The notes under the pieces are model-generated. The model was given only the letters and a program-made list of their open reading frames with translations. It did not search any database and had not been told where the DNA came from. Shown here piece after piece: positions 34,251 through 47,400 of a stretch of DNA of 64,000 nt (position 1 is the first letter of the stretch; every line of letters begins with the position of its first letter). The stretch is taken from the NCBI RefSeq assembly GCF_009834535.1, contig NC_045696.1, positions 67,954,001 to 68,018,000 of the forward strand, read 5' to 3'. The position numbers and the translations under genes are program-made. This DNA comes from Camelus ferus (Eukaryota).

Positions 34251-37200
34251 ATAATGAATGAAATATTACAATAAAATGGCATAACCTAAGAAAAGTCCCT
34301 ACTAGGGTTCCAATCATGTAAGAGCTGCTCAAAAACAAAAATGACCTTTATCTGTTATAAATTTCCTTTCCGATAGTCTAAACATGTCTTGAGTCTCACA
34401 GCCCTCTCTGATCTAGTCCCTAAGCCCCACAGCGGCCAGGACATATTCCACACACTAGAGACGTTCAGAGTCAATGATCGTATCATCTTTCTCTGAACTT
34501 ACCGAGGGAAGAAAATCTGAGACGCTGAGGGAACTTCTCTGAAAGTTTAGGAGCTTTAGTTGTCCATTTTCACTCAAAATGTTACCTTTAATTTGAAAAT
34601 TATTACCCATAACTGAAGCCTAAAGCACACAAAAGAGCCTCAATTTCATGTCCTTACTTATTTCTGATATATTTCTCAACAAATAAAGAAAAATGATTTC
34701 CCAACCTCAACATTTTTAAATCTTATGTCTGTCTTCTTTACAAAGACTACATTACTTATAAAATCACATTTTGCACCAGGACCTTCACTCTTTCACAGAG
34801 GGCAGTCACAGGGCTTTCCTGAGTCAGTCACTAGTAAGCAAGACAGAGGAGAGAGGGACAGAGAAAGGGAGGAAAAGAGAGAAAAAGAAAGAGGGAGAGA
34901 GATTATAAATCTATATAAATCTATAAAAGAAACACAAAGTTCGTAAGTTCAATTGCTTCAACCAGGACATCAAAGGAAACACAGATGTAAAAGTACATCA
35001 TTAAATTTTGTGGAAAGCAAAAAAAAAACGTGTCTGTACGTGTGCGCAGGCGACTCTGCGTGTATAGGTGTGTGTCTCTGTGTGCACATGTCCATGCACA
35101 TGTATGTATTTATGCAAAAGAGCTGGGATGCAGACCACCCACCACCGGGCAGGAGAGGGAAGAGGGCCACACCAGGACTTTGGGGCAGCTGGGTGAGGGG
35201 TCACCAGGGGCTAGGAGACCAGATTTGCAGCCCAGTTCTGCCATTCAACTGCCCTGTCTGAAACATGCCATTTCCACTCAGTCCCCTAGGCTCAGAGGGG
35301 AGCCCTCACAGGACCGGTGTGAGACTTAACCAACAAAAGAGATGTGAGAGTGTTTTGGAAACATCTGTATAAACAGAAATGGGCATTACTACCTGTTTAT
35401 TCCAAGTCCGAGGAGAGCGACTTCTGCCTGAGCCACGCGCCTCCCAAGCGGCATTTATGCCTAGGCCAGGCTGCTTTCGGCACAGGAAGAAGGGATGCAG
35501 ACAGTTTTCCAGAGAGGCAATGCTTTTTAATTTCTCTATTATTTCCAAAACAAAAAAGCAAAATCTCCCCCTCCTTTTGTCTCTCCAAATAAAAATAAAT
35601 TATAACCCTAACTCGCTAACAAATGCAGGCTGGAGCTGTCCTTAAGTAAAAGCTTTTGATAACAAATTGCCTGCACTAACTGCTATTTTACTGCTGCATT
35701 TTTTATTGTTGCTTAAGCACAGCAATTATGCTAATAAGCCTGGGAGGATGGAACATCGAGTATTGAATCTGACAGATAAAATACTCAATAAAATGCTAAT
35801 CTCACCTGAAAATTGGAATCAGACAGCCTTATTAGTATTTATGGATATGACATCCTAAACATGTTTTTTTTCAGATGAATATATATGAAATCGATGTTGT
35901 CTCCTAATACAGCCTGCACGTTTCTAGGCCTCGTTGTGCCTTAAATGCAAGGTGACAATTCTTCATTGCCTTGGCATTGCTTCTCAACAGAGAGACGAGA
36001 GCCTCCTGGTCATCTCTGCCCCAGAAAGCACCCGCAGGGAAAGGTCTCCCTCCTTCACCCTCTGGGCATCCTCTCTGCCCACCCGACCTAGCCTCCCCCC
36101 CTAAAAAAGGGAAGGTAAGGACTGCCTTTCTGAGCAGAGAGAGAAGGCAGATTGACAGCGACAAGAACTGTTTGTCAAACTATCTGTCTTCTCTCTTCAC
36201 CTGACAGGAGAGAAGACTGATGTGTCAGAAAGAGCAGGGAATGGAGGATCCAAAGAGCTGGCTTCTCTCCCTGATCTTTCCCGTCTCCCAATGGAAAACC
36301 TTCAGTTTTCCTCAGCTTCCAAAACAGGGACCTTCTGAGAACAATGATCAAATCTCCAGGAGAAGCGAATCTCCCCAGGTAATACCAAAAATAAGGGCCA
36401 AAGCCCCAGGGCCCATGAAGAGCTGGACGCTATGAGCCTAGGTAGGCATGGAGGGAGAGCCTGGGATTTTTGAACTTGGACCTTGATTTACATTAACGTG
36501 GGTCCTTCATACCAAGTATCCACAATATATATTTGAAATGGTCCAGGCTTAAATTCAGAGACCTCAGACACCAGATTTAAAGAAAAAAAAAAAAAGACTG
36601 GACTGCTGACCAACTGTTCTCAGGAATTTAACTGGGTTTTTTGGGGATCCATATATTAGCTCGGGGAAGGAGTAAAGAAGGGAAGTCAGCTGCCTGTTTT
36701 CAGCAGCAGAAATGAATGCTATCTGAATACCGCAGTACTATTCACCAAAAAAATCCTTCTCTCCTTTGAGTCTCCTATGAACCCCATAAAGCAGTATGAG
36801 AGAAAATCTTGTGTTCCCGAAGCTGCCATAATCAATCAAGGATCAGACCAGTCTCACCAGACCCTCTCATCCATCCAGATCATGTGGGTTCTGGGCTCAA
36901 GACGAGCCAGGTTCAAGATTGCCTTCTGACTAACACCAGCCGTCTGCCAAGTGCACACAGGTCATGCGCCTGCTGACACATCTCAAACCCAAATACCCAA
37001 GTTACGGGTCAATGCTGGACATGAGGGGCAGTGAACAGGAGCCTCAATACCCACAGCAGTCATACCAGAGACTGCGCCCCTCGACTTCAAGGCTTCAAGG
37101 AGCTAACATCCCTTCCAGAAGTTTCTCTCTCCCCCTGGCTAGGTCTTCTGTGTGGACAAATCAGGCTTGCACCGAATGGAGGAATCTGACCTGTTGTGAG

Positions 37201-38324
37201 AAAACTGGGCACAGATCCCAGGCTTCCAATTCACTCTGGGGCCCTGGAGAGTCACCCTTCTCTATCAGCCCGTTTCTTCCTCTGAGCCGTTGGGCCTCTT
37301 CAAGACCAAACTTGTCCCCTGGACCTTAGCAGAAGGGAGAAGAGAGAGAAAACAGACTCGAAAAATACAGAGTTCAGTACAACTTACAGAGGGTCTTCAT
37401 ATCCCTTTCTTCAGCAAACCCTCGCAATGCGGGCAAAGCTGAGCTAATCATTATCCCCATTTTGCAGATGGAAAAATAAAGGCCTAAAAGTTCCGAAACT
37501 TCCCCCAGATAACACAAGAACTAGGAGATCCTCAGCCCACAGCCCGGGGAGTGGGGGAAATGCTGAGACAGGTGATCAGCCCAAGGCAGGGTCAACCAAG
37601 CAGTCAGTAGATTCTACAGTCATTAATCACAGTGTTCCAAGACACCCCGACTCCAAAATCAGAAAATGCTGGTATTATTTACCATTAAAAAGACTCGCAC
37701 CAGCCATGGAGCACACCAATTCACCAACTCCCCTCTGCTTCATACGTATGGAAACAAAATTCAAGTCCAGACACCCCTTTATCTCTGTTGTACCAGGACC
37801 AATACTGCAATTTGCAAAGCATTGCCACAACAAATGTATCAACTAGGAATCATTATCCTCCAATTTACAGGAGGAGAAAGCGAGGCACTAAGAAATGTCA
37901 TCACTTGTCCAATTCTAACTGGTCTCTAAAAGCAGGGCCAGCACTCAGATCCCCTGTTCTTTCCACTTGAATATGTCACCTTTGAATTGCCAGGGCCACC
38001 ATGTCTTTCGTAAACAACAGCAGAAAGTCAGCTCTGAACTGAGACATCTCCCAACAGAGTAACGATTCGAGTCATACTTCGAGGAATAATTTCTGGGAAA
38101 GCAGAGGAGGTGATGCTATCAAACAGTGAAACTTAAAACTCCTACTCACTACCTGCCTGGGAGGGAGCAGGAAATGGGGCCGAGGCCCTTTCCCTACACG
38201 CTCCCCCTGCCCATTTCTGTCACTCACAGTCATTACTAAACTTAGCACTTTAAGCAAATGAAAGCTGTTTCCTAGCTGTATGGCCTTGGGTAAGTCCCCA
38301 GCCTCTTTGGTCCTGTTACTAATA

Positions 38325-38399
38325 CACACTCATGCACACACACATACATGTACATGCATAGATGCATGCATGCATGCACACACACACACACACACACAC
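38325..38399. repeat. Imperfect (CA)n/(CATG)n microsatellite
   Basis: Directly visible. Confidence 0.85.
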
Positions 38400-40104
38400 C
38401 TAGGACCATGCCTTCTTTTCCCTAGTGGGATGGTGACAACAGACAGCCCCTGTCCTTCTTACCCTGAGAAGTCCCGCAGCTACACCCTAACTGTTCCCAA
38501 AGTTATCTCAAGCCTCTGCCCTCAGTACTCCGATTGGAACCCTCCACCTCTTCCTTGAGCCTCCTAATTCCCATCCTCTGCTAAGCCTGGCTTCTTCACT
38601 CTCACCTATCAGTCCCCTATGTTAGGCATGGTCACTTCCACCCTGGACAAGCACTAATTCATCTCTCCATCACCAATCTCAACCCTCCCCTCCCACCCAA
38701 AATCCATCTCTAAGTAAAAGACTGCCAGCTCTTCCGCAGCTCTTCATGTGAGAGCTCATAAAACACCCTGCAAACTTCCTGGCCGCACTTCTCCATACAG
38801 GCTCTGGCTTAGATCCTCCTAATATCAGTATCTCCATAACCAAGTCTATTTTGCAGGTCCAGTGTCTAGAGAGAAAGGCTCTGTGCCTTCCTGCATACAG
38901 GAAGGAAGGATGCCTACAGGGGGAACTTCAGTCAACACCGCTGAGGCACATCACCCCAGAGCGCACACATCACCACTCCAGACAAGCCAGGGTCCATCCC
39001 TGGCCAGATGCTGAAACACCACTGTGCTAAGCCTTTTACAGATGTTCTCAAATCTTCACAACTCGGCAGGCAAGGTATATTTAATCCCAAACAAAGTCTA
39101 TTTAAACTGGGACTCGGACAGGTTGAGTAATTCGGTCTCACTGAAGTTATGTAAATCACCCTAATTCTAACGGCTCCGGGAGCCTCAGCTCCTACCCAAG
39201 TCTATACACGTTCACTGGCATACCCTGTTCTTTAAAAGTGTCCAATGCCCTGCCAGACGCTTTACCTAAATAATCTCAGTTCATTTACATAACAGTCCTT
39301 CCAGGTAATTATTAGTGTCCCATTTTACAGATCAGGAAACTAAGGCCACACATCACACAATGGATCTCTGGTCCAGGTGTCCTGGACTTGCCCTTTTGTC
39401 TTTCCCCTGCATCACACATCTTCTTTCCACCTAAAGTCTCTATCTATGGCATGTTAAACACAAACGTTTTTTCTGTGCCTGAGTCACTGGAAGCAACATT
39501 CAACAGTACATGCAGAATCTGCACTGCAAGTCAGGAAAAGGTGTTTCAACAGAACCAATCGTGTTGGGATGCCAACGCTGATGGTTGGAGGTGGATTTCC
39601 AGAGCACATCATGTGAGCCTGGCCTGACCCTGAGCTGTTCCCGAGAGCCAGAGTCACAAAGCAAGAATGGAATTTCACTCAGGTTCACAAACGCAGCACC
39701 TTGGCTTATCCACCTTCCTTAGAGCAGGGACAACTGTGAAGTCTTTTTCAAGAAGGTTCATAATCAAAGTCAGAAATTCAGAGGCCGTCCTGTCAACCAC
39801 TTTCTCCTCTCCAAAAGCAAATCTTTTCCAGTAAAAAGAAGGTTGCTACTCTGACAAGTTGAGAGATAGGGATGAGAACCTGACAGGGAAGAGATGGCGC
39901 ATCCTGACCTAATCTCACTGGGAGTGTCACCAGCATCTTAAGCAGAAGTCACCTTTCCCTCTGCCTCTAGAGAAGCAGGGTTAAGAAGGAGCCGGGGAAA
40001 AGCTGATAGCTGCTCTTAAAAGCTACATGCTCCTAAACCTGTTCCAGGAGCCCCTGCAGTTCCTTGGGTTAACTGTTGATAACCTTGCAACCCTGCAGGC
40101 CTCC

Positions 40105-40530
40105 TTAGTAATTCAACTTAAAACATATTTACAGAGTGCCTATAAATGCCAGCCACTGAGCTAGGCTTGAAAGACTCGGAGATACCTGCCCTCTGGAGAT
40201 CAGAGTTCAGATACAGACATCACCCATTAAAATACAAGGTGGTCTGTGAAAGTGTTTCTGAAAATACAAAACATGGGAGGGGGAATGGAGGAGGGGAGTA
40301 ACTGAATCCAAACAAGAAAGCTGATGTTTCTGAGAAGGGGGAATTTGAGCTGGGTATGGAAGGATGTGGCCTGGCATCCACGGCCGGCCACGCAGGATGG
40401 CCCCCGACATGGGATGCACAGTACGAGCATGGGGTGGACGGGAGGAGTCAGAGAGCAGGTGGAAAGGTAGCCTGAAGTCAGATCGGGTAGGGCCCTGTGC
40501 AGACTTATCACGTATATTAAGGACACTGAG
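40105..40530 (-). mobile_element. L2 LINE fragment
   Basis: attcaacttaaaacatatttacagagtgcctataaatgccagccactgagctagg...cctgccctctggag...gaatttgagctggg. Confidence 0.65.
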
Positions 40531-41564
40531 AGGCCAGAAAAACACACGGCAAGGCTCATGACTGAGGCTCAGAGCTCACTACTCTCAGGGCGCACCACCA
40601 AAATAAAACCCACCCCTCCAAAAAAGTTAAGGAATATGCGTATGTATGCAAACCAACTTCCTATCACCCCACAGACAGAACAAGGAACCACATGAGACAC
40701 GCATCACTCGTGCCCCAACATGGCCTCTTGAGGCTGGATGTGTTATCACAGCTCCAGTGTGAAGACAAGGAAACAGAAGCCCAAGAAAGGATACTGGTGG
40801 AGGCCTGACACTTCAGAGCTAGAACCAGGTGGCCAAAGCCTGCTTCTCCAAAGGCCTAAAACATCACATGAAGCGTCGCCACGAAGACCCACTTTTAGAT
40901 GAGACAGAGATTTTTAAAAAATAGAGAGAGGAAGAAAGGCAGGGAGGTGGTTAGCAAGGGCGGGAGAGAAGGTAGGAAGGAAGGGAAGGGAAGGGATGGG
41001 CAGGTAAAGGAAGGAAGGTACAGAGGAAGAAAGAACGCAGAGCCGCCCAAGGCCACAGGGAGGACACAGCGTAGGTAGCACCCTCCCTGCAGACACAAGG
41101 GTGACTGTTCAGTCAGCCGTGGCACCGCAGCTCCAGGTGGCTGTTTCCATTTTGACAGTATTTTCTGAAAGAACAAAGAATGTAAACTTTGTACAAATAA
41201 TTTTTGAGTTTTTTAAACCAAATAGTAAATATATATTTATAGGACTACAAATGTATGGAGGAAAACTAGACAGACAGTAGATTTTTAATGCTAGCTCCTT
41301 CCTGGGAGGAAAAAAAAAAGGATGAGGGACTAGAAAGGGGTTTGGTAAGTTGAAGAAGGGTCACAAACTCACCCCTGCCTGCATCCTCACCCCTGCAGCA
41401 TAAATTTGAAGCTTCTCTACCCATGTTACTAAAAAGTGTGCATTCATGGACCCAAAAATTAACCCACTGCCTATTTTAGAATCCACTCTGTGTCTCCACC
41501 TTATCTATAAATGTTTAAAAGAGTTTTAAATGTTTCTTTTAATTCAAATATCTCCCTACTAAGA

Positions 41565-41810
41565 GTAATGAGAGCAAATTTATTAAATGCTTCATATGTG
41601 CAAGGTGTTGTTTTAAGCACTTCATATGCATTATTTCATTGAGTCTTCACAGCATCCTTCCTCAGTCCTCATCATTAGCCCCATTTTATAGAAGAGGAAG
41701 TTAAGTCATGGAAATTAAGCAACTTGCCTAAGGTGGGGTGGCTACTAAGCAGAGGACTCTGGATTGAAACCCAGGCAATATGACTCCAGAGCCTGCACCG
41801 TCTACACTGT
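41565..41810 (-). mobile_element. MIR SINE (near full length)
   Basis: tttattaaatgcttcatatgtgcaagg...cattagccccattttatagaagaggaagttaag...aagcaacttgcctaagg...gaaacccaggcaatatgactccagagcc. Confidence 0.88.
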
Positions 41811-44249
41811 GTCTGTGATATCACTCTAAGCCACCAGCTGATTAACTCAAGCAAAAGGAGATTAAGTGGCTAAGTGACCCTGTTCTGGCTTCTGGTGAAC
41901 ACAGCTTCCTTTCAGAGACTCACAAATCATCTGTCGAAGAAGCCAGTCTAGAGTCATACCAGGAATCGTAATAAAGTCAGCAGATTCTGGACTCTGGATA
42001 CTGGTTGACTTTTTTTTTTTTAATAACTGATACCTGTTTCCTCATCTCTCACTTCTGGCATTTCTGCTGGTTTCCAGGTTTCCTCAGAATTACTGGCAGC
42101 CCTTCCACAGTCACCATGAGATGCTCTCCTCTGTATCCTGAGATGAGTACGTGTGGCCCATGAACTTGGCAATCATTCAGTACAGCAAACTGCTCTCTTG
42201 CAACCTCCTCTTCTGCCGCGGACATCGATTTCTTCTTAATGATGTCGACTCTACCTTCCATAGCTTAAACATCATCCCCCTTGCCTTGAGAGAGATGACT
42301 GACAGGGGCAGAAAACAGATGAAGCCCCCGTCTTCTCTGTGTCATCTGGGCCATTACATCACCCTCCCCAGGTCACAGAATGCTAGATGTCCCCGCTAAA
42401 GGACTCCCTCTCCTGGAGTCCATTCTAATCCCACCCCTGCCCAGGAAGGAACGGGAAGCCAAAGGCTGTGATTGGCTGCCAATTACATCATTGCTCTACA
42501 GGCCTGACTGAACTCTTAATTAATTGAATGCCACTTTACTTCCGCACCTGACTCCACGGACAAGTAAATAAGCACAAAGCGAACAACAGAGGGTGAACGC
42601 AGTAATAAACTACAGCCTCTGGCTGAGGTAGGAGAGAGGAACCATTTGCTGGGGTTACCTGTCATTAAGAACGATTTGGTCACCAGGTGAGGACACACAG
42701 TTCTCTATATTAAATTAGAGGAATGATTCAAAGGGGACCAGTTTCAGCTGACAAGAGCAAAAAGAAAATCAATTTCAGGTTGCCAGGACAACTAGACTTT
42801 TCTTGCAAGAATAAATTTGATGCAGCCCTAAAATCTGACAACTAAATGTTTCCTCGCATTACATCACATCCCTAAAACGTGTGTTGAACCAGTGAGATAA
42901 TCAAGCCGGCTAATTGCTTTCTACAACATCCATAAGATGCAGGATTGATGGTCTTGGCTCTAGCCTGACTTTTCTCTAGCAGCTCCGCTCACTACCTCAG
43001 TTTTATAGTGAATGAGGACAATGCACTTCTTAAAATGAATGTGAAAGCTTATCATTGTCAAGTTGTCCTTGGATCCTGGAAAAAAGAAGGTGAACACCTT
43101 TAGAATACACATCCCCTCCTGGCTGGGATCTATATCCAGGTTCCCTGTCGTCTAATTCACTGGCTACTCCTTCCAAAAAGGGGTTCAAAGTCATAGAACT
43201 GTATTTAATGCAATGTTGGATCTAAAGGGACTCGGGAGACAACTCTTGTTTTACCAGACAGTGAATCCAAGCCATAGGCAAAGAGACTATTCAACGTCAA
43301 TACAGACGGTCAACAGCCGAGTCAGGACTGGAATCCAGGTCTTTTGATAATGACTTCTATGTAATTTCCTTAAATAGCTGCCGTCATTCCACCCCTGCCT
43401 GAGAGACTCTGGGAGCTAAAGTTAAGTCCATTTGATCTCCTATTAATCCGTATGAGGCAATAACCCCAAATGGCCTTATCCCAGGAGGTCAGAGTCCTGA
43501 CCCCAGGTCCAATAATATCTGATGAGATGAGCCTTCTCTATGCATTTGTGTTCTCAGAAGGCTGAATATCAGCTTACCTCCAGGGGCTGTTAAAAACAAG
43601 AACAGCTAATAAATCACTGGAAAGCACTTTGCAAATGTAAAGTAATACAAAAATGCTAAGCACCAATAATATAAGTGCCCTGGGCTGAGGCAGGTCCCTG
43701 GAGAGCATGATGATTTTAAGGGGCTAGGCTGTGCCCAGCGTCATCCACCAGAAGATGTGAAGGCCACAACTGTCTCCAAACCTCTTAGACTGCTCCCAAA
43801 TCCTCAAGTACGCCTCCAGATCTTATTTTAACATATTGTACTATGACGGATCTGCAGAATGGCACTTGCTTCAATTCATATGGTCATGGAGTCTTTGCTA
43901 AGTGTGGAGAAACACCGAGAAGAGATCTGAATCCGACAGACAAGAAAGTAAATGTCAAGCTGTCCCTCACTGGTGATAAACCAAGCAAACCATGAAAAAC
44001 AATGAACCATTAGAAGGTGCTTGTCAGCGAATTCAGCCTTGAGAGCCAATTTAAAATCTGGTGAGAGGTCAGAAGAAGAGAGCACACACTCAAGGGCTCT
44101 GGCTACAGGTGCCAGTGGGAGAAAGAAGTGGGGACAGAGCACCCCTTCCAGCCACTACATGGTCCTCGGCTCTCACATGCAAGGTAAGCAAAGAAGGGCA
44201 GGAGAGGGAACCAGGGGTGAGCAGAGTAATTCAGAAATCAAAAGCTGGT

Positions 44250-44470
44250 GTCTGAGAGATCTGGCTTCTAACCCAGAGCCTGCCATCACATGTTGTATGA
44301 TGTTGGGCAAGGTACTTAAACCTCGCTAAGCCTCAGTTTCCTCGTCCATCCAACATAGAAAATACTAGTACCTACTCTACGGGCTGGCTTTGAGGATTAA
44401 AAGAAGTATGGAAAGCAACTTACTCAGTGCCTGACATTTAGTACATGGGCAAGAAACAAGGGTTATCATG
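44250..44470 (+). mobile_element. MIR SINE
   Basis: tgatgttgggcaaggtacttaaacctcgctaagcctcagtttcctcgtcc...tgaggattaaa...cagtgcctgacatttagta. Confidence 0.85.
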
Positions 44471-47400
44471 CTAGCTAGAGAGGCTGGGGGCTGGAATTCA
44501 GCACAGAAACAGAAGGCAAGAAGTAAAGCATGAAGTTAGAGGTCAAGATCATTGGGACAGAGAAGAAAAGCTCTGTCTTCCCACAAGTTCTACTTTGTAT
44601 CTACTAGGAAGTTATCACGGTCCCATTCCCAAATATCTACTTTAGGGGTGGATGATAATAACCCAGAGATGGTCAGGCATCTGCAAACCTCAGATGTGAG
44701 TGGAAATCCAGGAGCACTTGAAACGTCAACCACTTAGTCAATGTAGAGGTCAGTTCTTTGTATGTGAACCACTGAAATCTAGGACTGAGTATTAAATATG
44801 ACTCCAAGACCCTCATCCCAGAACAAGGAATTCGTTTTAATTTTTATAGGAGGAAAATGCTCCCCCCATCCCTAGTTCATTTGAACACACTTTGACACAC
44901 ACAGACATATAGTCCATGCCTCCAAGGGAGGGAAGAAATGGGCACAATAGCCATGAAATCAAAGAGTAAGCCCCATTAAGTCAAGCCCAGATGAAGAGAC
45001 ATGAGACTTCAGAAAAGGAAAAGAAACCAAATTTACCGAGCCCGTTTCTGGCAGAGACGCACGGTAAGAATTAAGGGAGGAGAAAAATCAAGCAAGATTT
45101 CCTGAGAGAAGCCCCTTTGAGCTCACAATCTGCTGGGGCACCTAGGATTTTTGAGCCACATCCGTCTCTTCAGCGGGCTCCTGACAATGCAGTGATGCTG
45201 GGTGGGCAACCAGAAGCCCCAGAGCCACCAGCCACTCCTCCCTCTAGGTTCCAATTGACAGCCAATCACCCCACGCCTGGCGGTGGAGAAGGAGCACAGG
45301 GCGGAGAGGGAGGGAACAGGAAATGGGGATCAAGGCGGCCTCAAGCTTCATCTGCTGCACCTCCATGGACAAATTACAAGCAGACGTGAAGAGGAGATGA
45401 AGAAAGGAATGAGAAGAAAATAGGGGCTTTCTAGCAAGACAAGGTGAGAGAACAAAGTGGGTTGAGTCAGGTTACAAAAAGAAAAAAAAAATGAGAGACA
45501 AGAGAAAGAGGAAAGGTCAGAAAGAAAGAGCTGGTGTGTTGTTTGTCGCATTTCTTTCTTTAAGCATACTTCTTTCAAGTCTTTTTTTTTTTTTTTTGTA
45601 ATCATACTTTCATTAAATCCTTCAAATGTTAGCTTGACATGGCTTTGTTTTATTCACCAACCAGCACCAAGAAGAGCTCCTGGAATACAGTAGGTGCTGA
45701 ATAAATATTTACTGATTGAGTAATGCTCAGCTGCAATGGGTGACTGATGCTGAGAAGAGAGAGGCTTTCAGAGACACCAAGAAAAATAGCAAGATTCTGT
45801 TCATATTTCAGTTCCCTCACTTCAATAAGGTGCGATAACACAGGCGAAAACATACTGAGCCATGGCACCTGGTGCGCAGGAACCAAATATTCACCAAATT
45901 TGAATCAGACTGCCCTACACTTCAGGACAAAGGAAAGGCAGGCCACTGCCCAGATGAACCCATCTGAAACTGGTGTTTCAAAGCCAGGATGGGCCCTGGC
46001 ACTTCGCTGTCTCCTTTAGAGAACGATGCCAGCTTCCACTCTGGACAACACCATTGCTCTGGAACTGCAGCAGCAGTGACTACAGACTCCTTCAGAGAAA
46101 CAACAGTTGAGGAAGAGGACAGGATCTAGAAAAGCCTGGCTTTAGGCACTGAATTAAAGTCTGGTCTAGAAGTGTCAATTTCCACGGTGTTCCTTCAGTC
46201 CCTCTTCTAAGGATAAGGAAAAGGCTTAATTCCTAGCTAGTTCAGAAAGTAATTTTGCCCATAATGAGGAACAGACAGTGACCGGAAGACGGAAAAGCTA
46301 ATTACAAAATGATGAAAGCAGTCAGCATCAACTCTTCCACCGTGAGGTCTGTCAGATTCCTGTAGCCTGCGAGGTCGGCACTTCTTTCTGTGCCTGTTCC
46401 TAATCTTGAGAGACCATTATAATTTATTACACATAAAGCATTTTCCATCTGCGGAGTGCTTTGGAATCATGTTTTATTAGTTACTCAGCATTCTTAAATC
46501 TAAACACAGCTAAAGTCCTATGGAGGAGGGAAAACCCCATCATTTACTTATTTATCACACCATGCCACTCCTCCCAATGACTCAACAAGTTGAGTAAGGG
46601 GCAAAGAAAGCACAAAAACATGACAAATGCAATCAATCCAACTCTTCTACCAAGGCCACTTGGCACTGGGAGTTGCAGCAAGAAAGGGTACAGAAATAAA
46701 TCTGACACAGCTCCCAACCTCAAGGAATTTATAATCTAGGACTATTTGAGAGAACCTCTATGGTCCCTTCCAACTTGAAGATTTTGTGTTTCTAAGAAAG
46801 TATAAATAGGTTTCAAATATCATGTGCAGGAATATGTTCCTACATGACCCAAAATCTGAGCAATTATATAGATATAATTCTGGTCTCCCAAAATGAAATC
46901 GAGAGGAAAGAATACAGCATGGGCTTATTTCCCCAATGTTCAACTTCTAGAATCATACAAGAGGAAACTTCAGGAGAAATGAAAGTTAATAATCTCTCTC
47001 AAGAGCAGATAGCCAACCCAAGGAACTTACTCTAAGAAGAAAACACAAATTGAAAGGGTTCCGCTTCGTAAAGCCACTTAACAGATGCATGAATTACCGC
47101 TGATGGAGGTTTGACTATATCTCTAAACATTAAAGATGACAACATTTAAAGCAACTACCCACTACTGTAAGAGATCACAGTAATAGTCCAGTACAGTTGG
47201 GCTTATCACCAGGCAAGAGTCTCTGAGGAGGAGCTGATGGATGAGAGGGAAGATGGAGTGTTTTGTATAAATTTTAAAGTCCTTTCCAACCCTTGGTTTA
47301 TGATTCACATCTATGGATTAGCACCGAGCACCAGGCCTGGCACATATTAAATGTTTGATAATCATTAGCCCTTTGTTGTCTTAAGTAAATGAAAGTACAC

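Noticed and set aside
45471..45602. Apparent 130-nt hairpin (ttacaaaaa...ttttgtaa)
   Set aside because: Pairing depends almost entirely on low-complexity A-rich and T-rich tracts; it is not a credible pre-miRNA or structured RNA.
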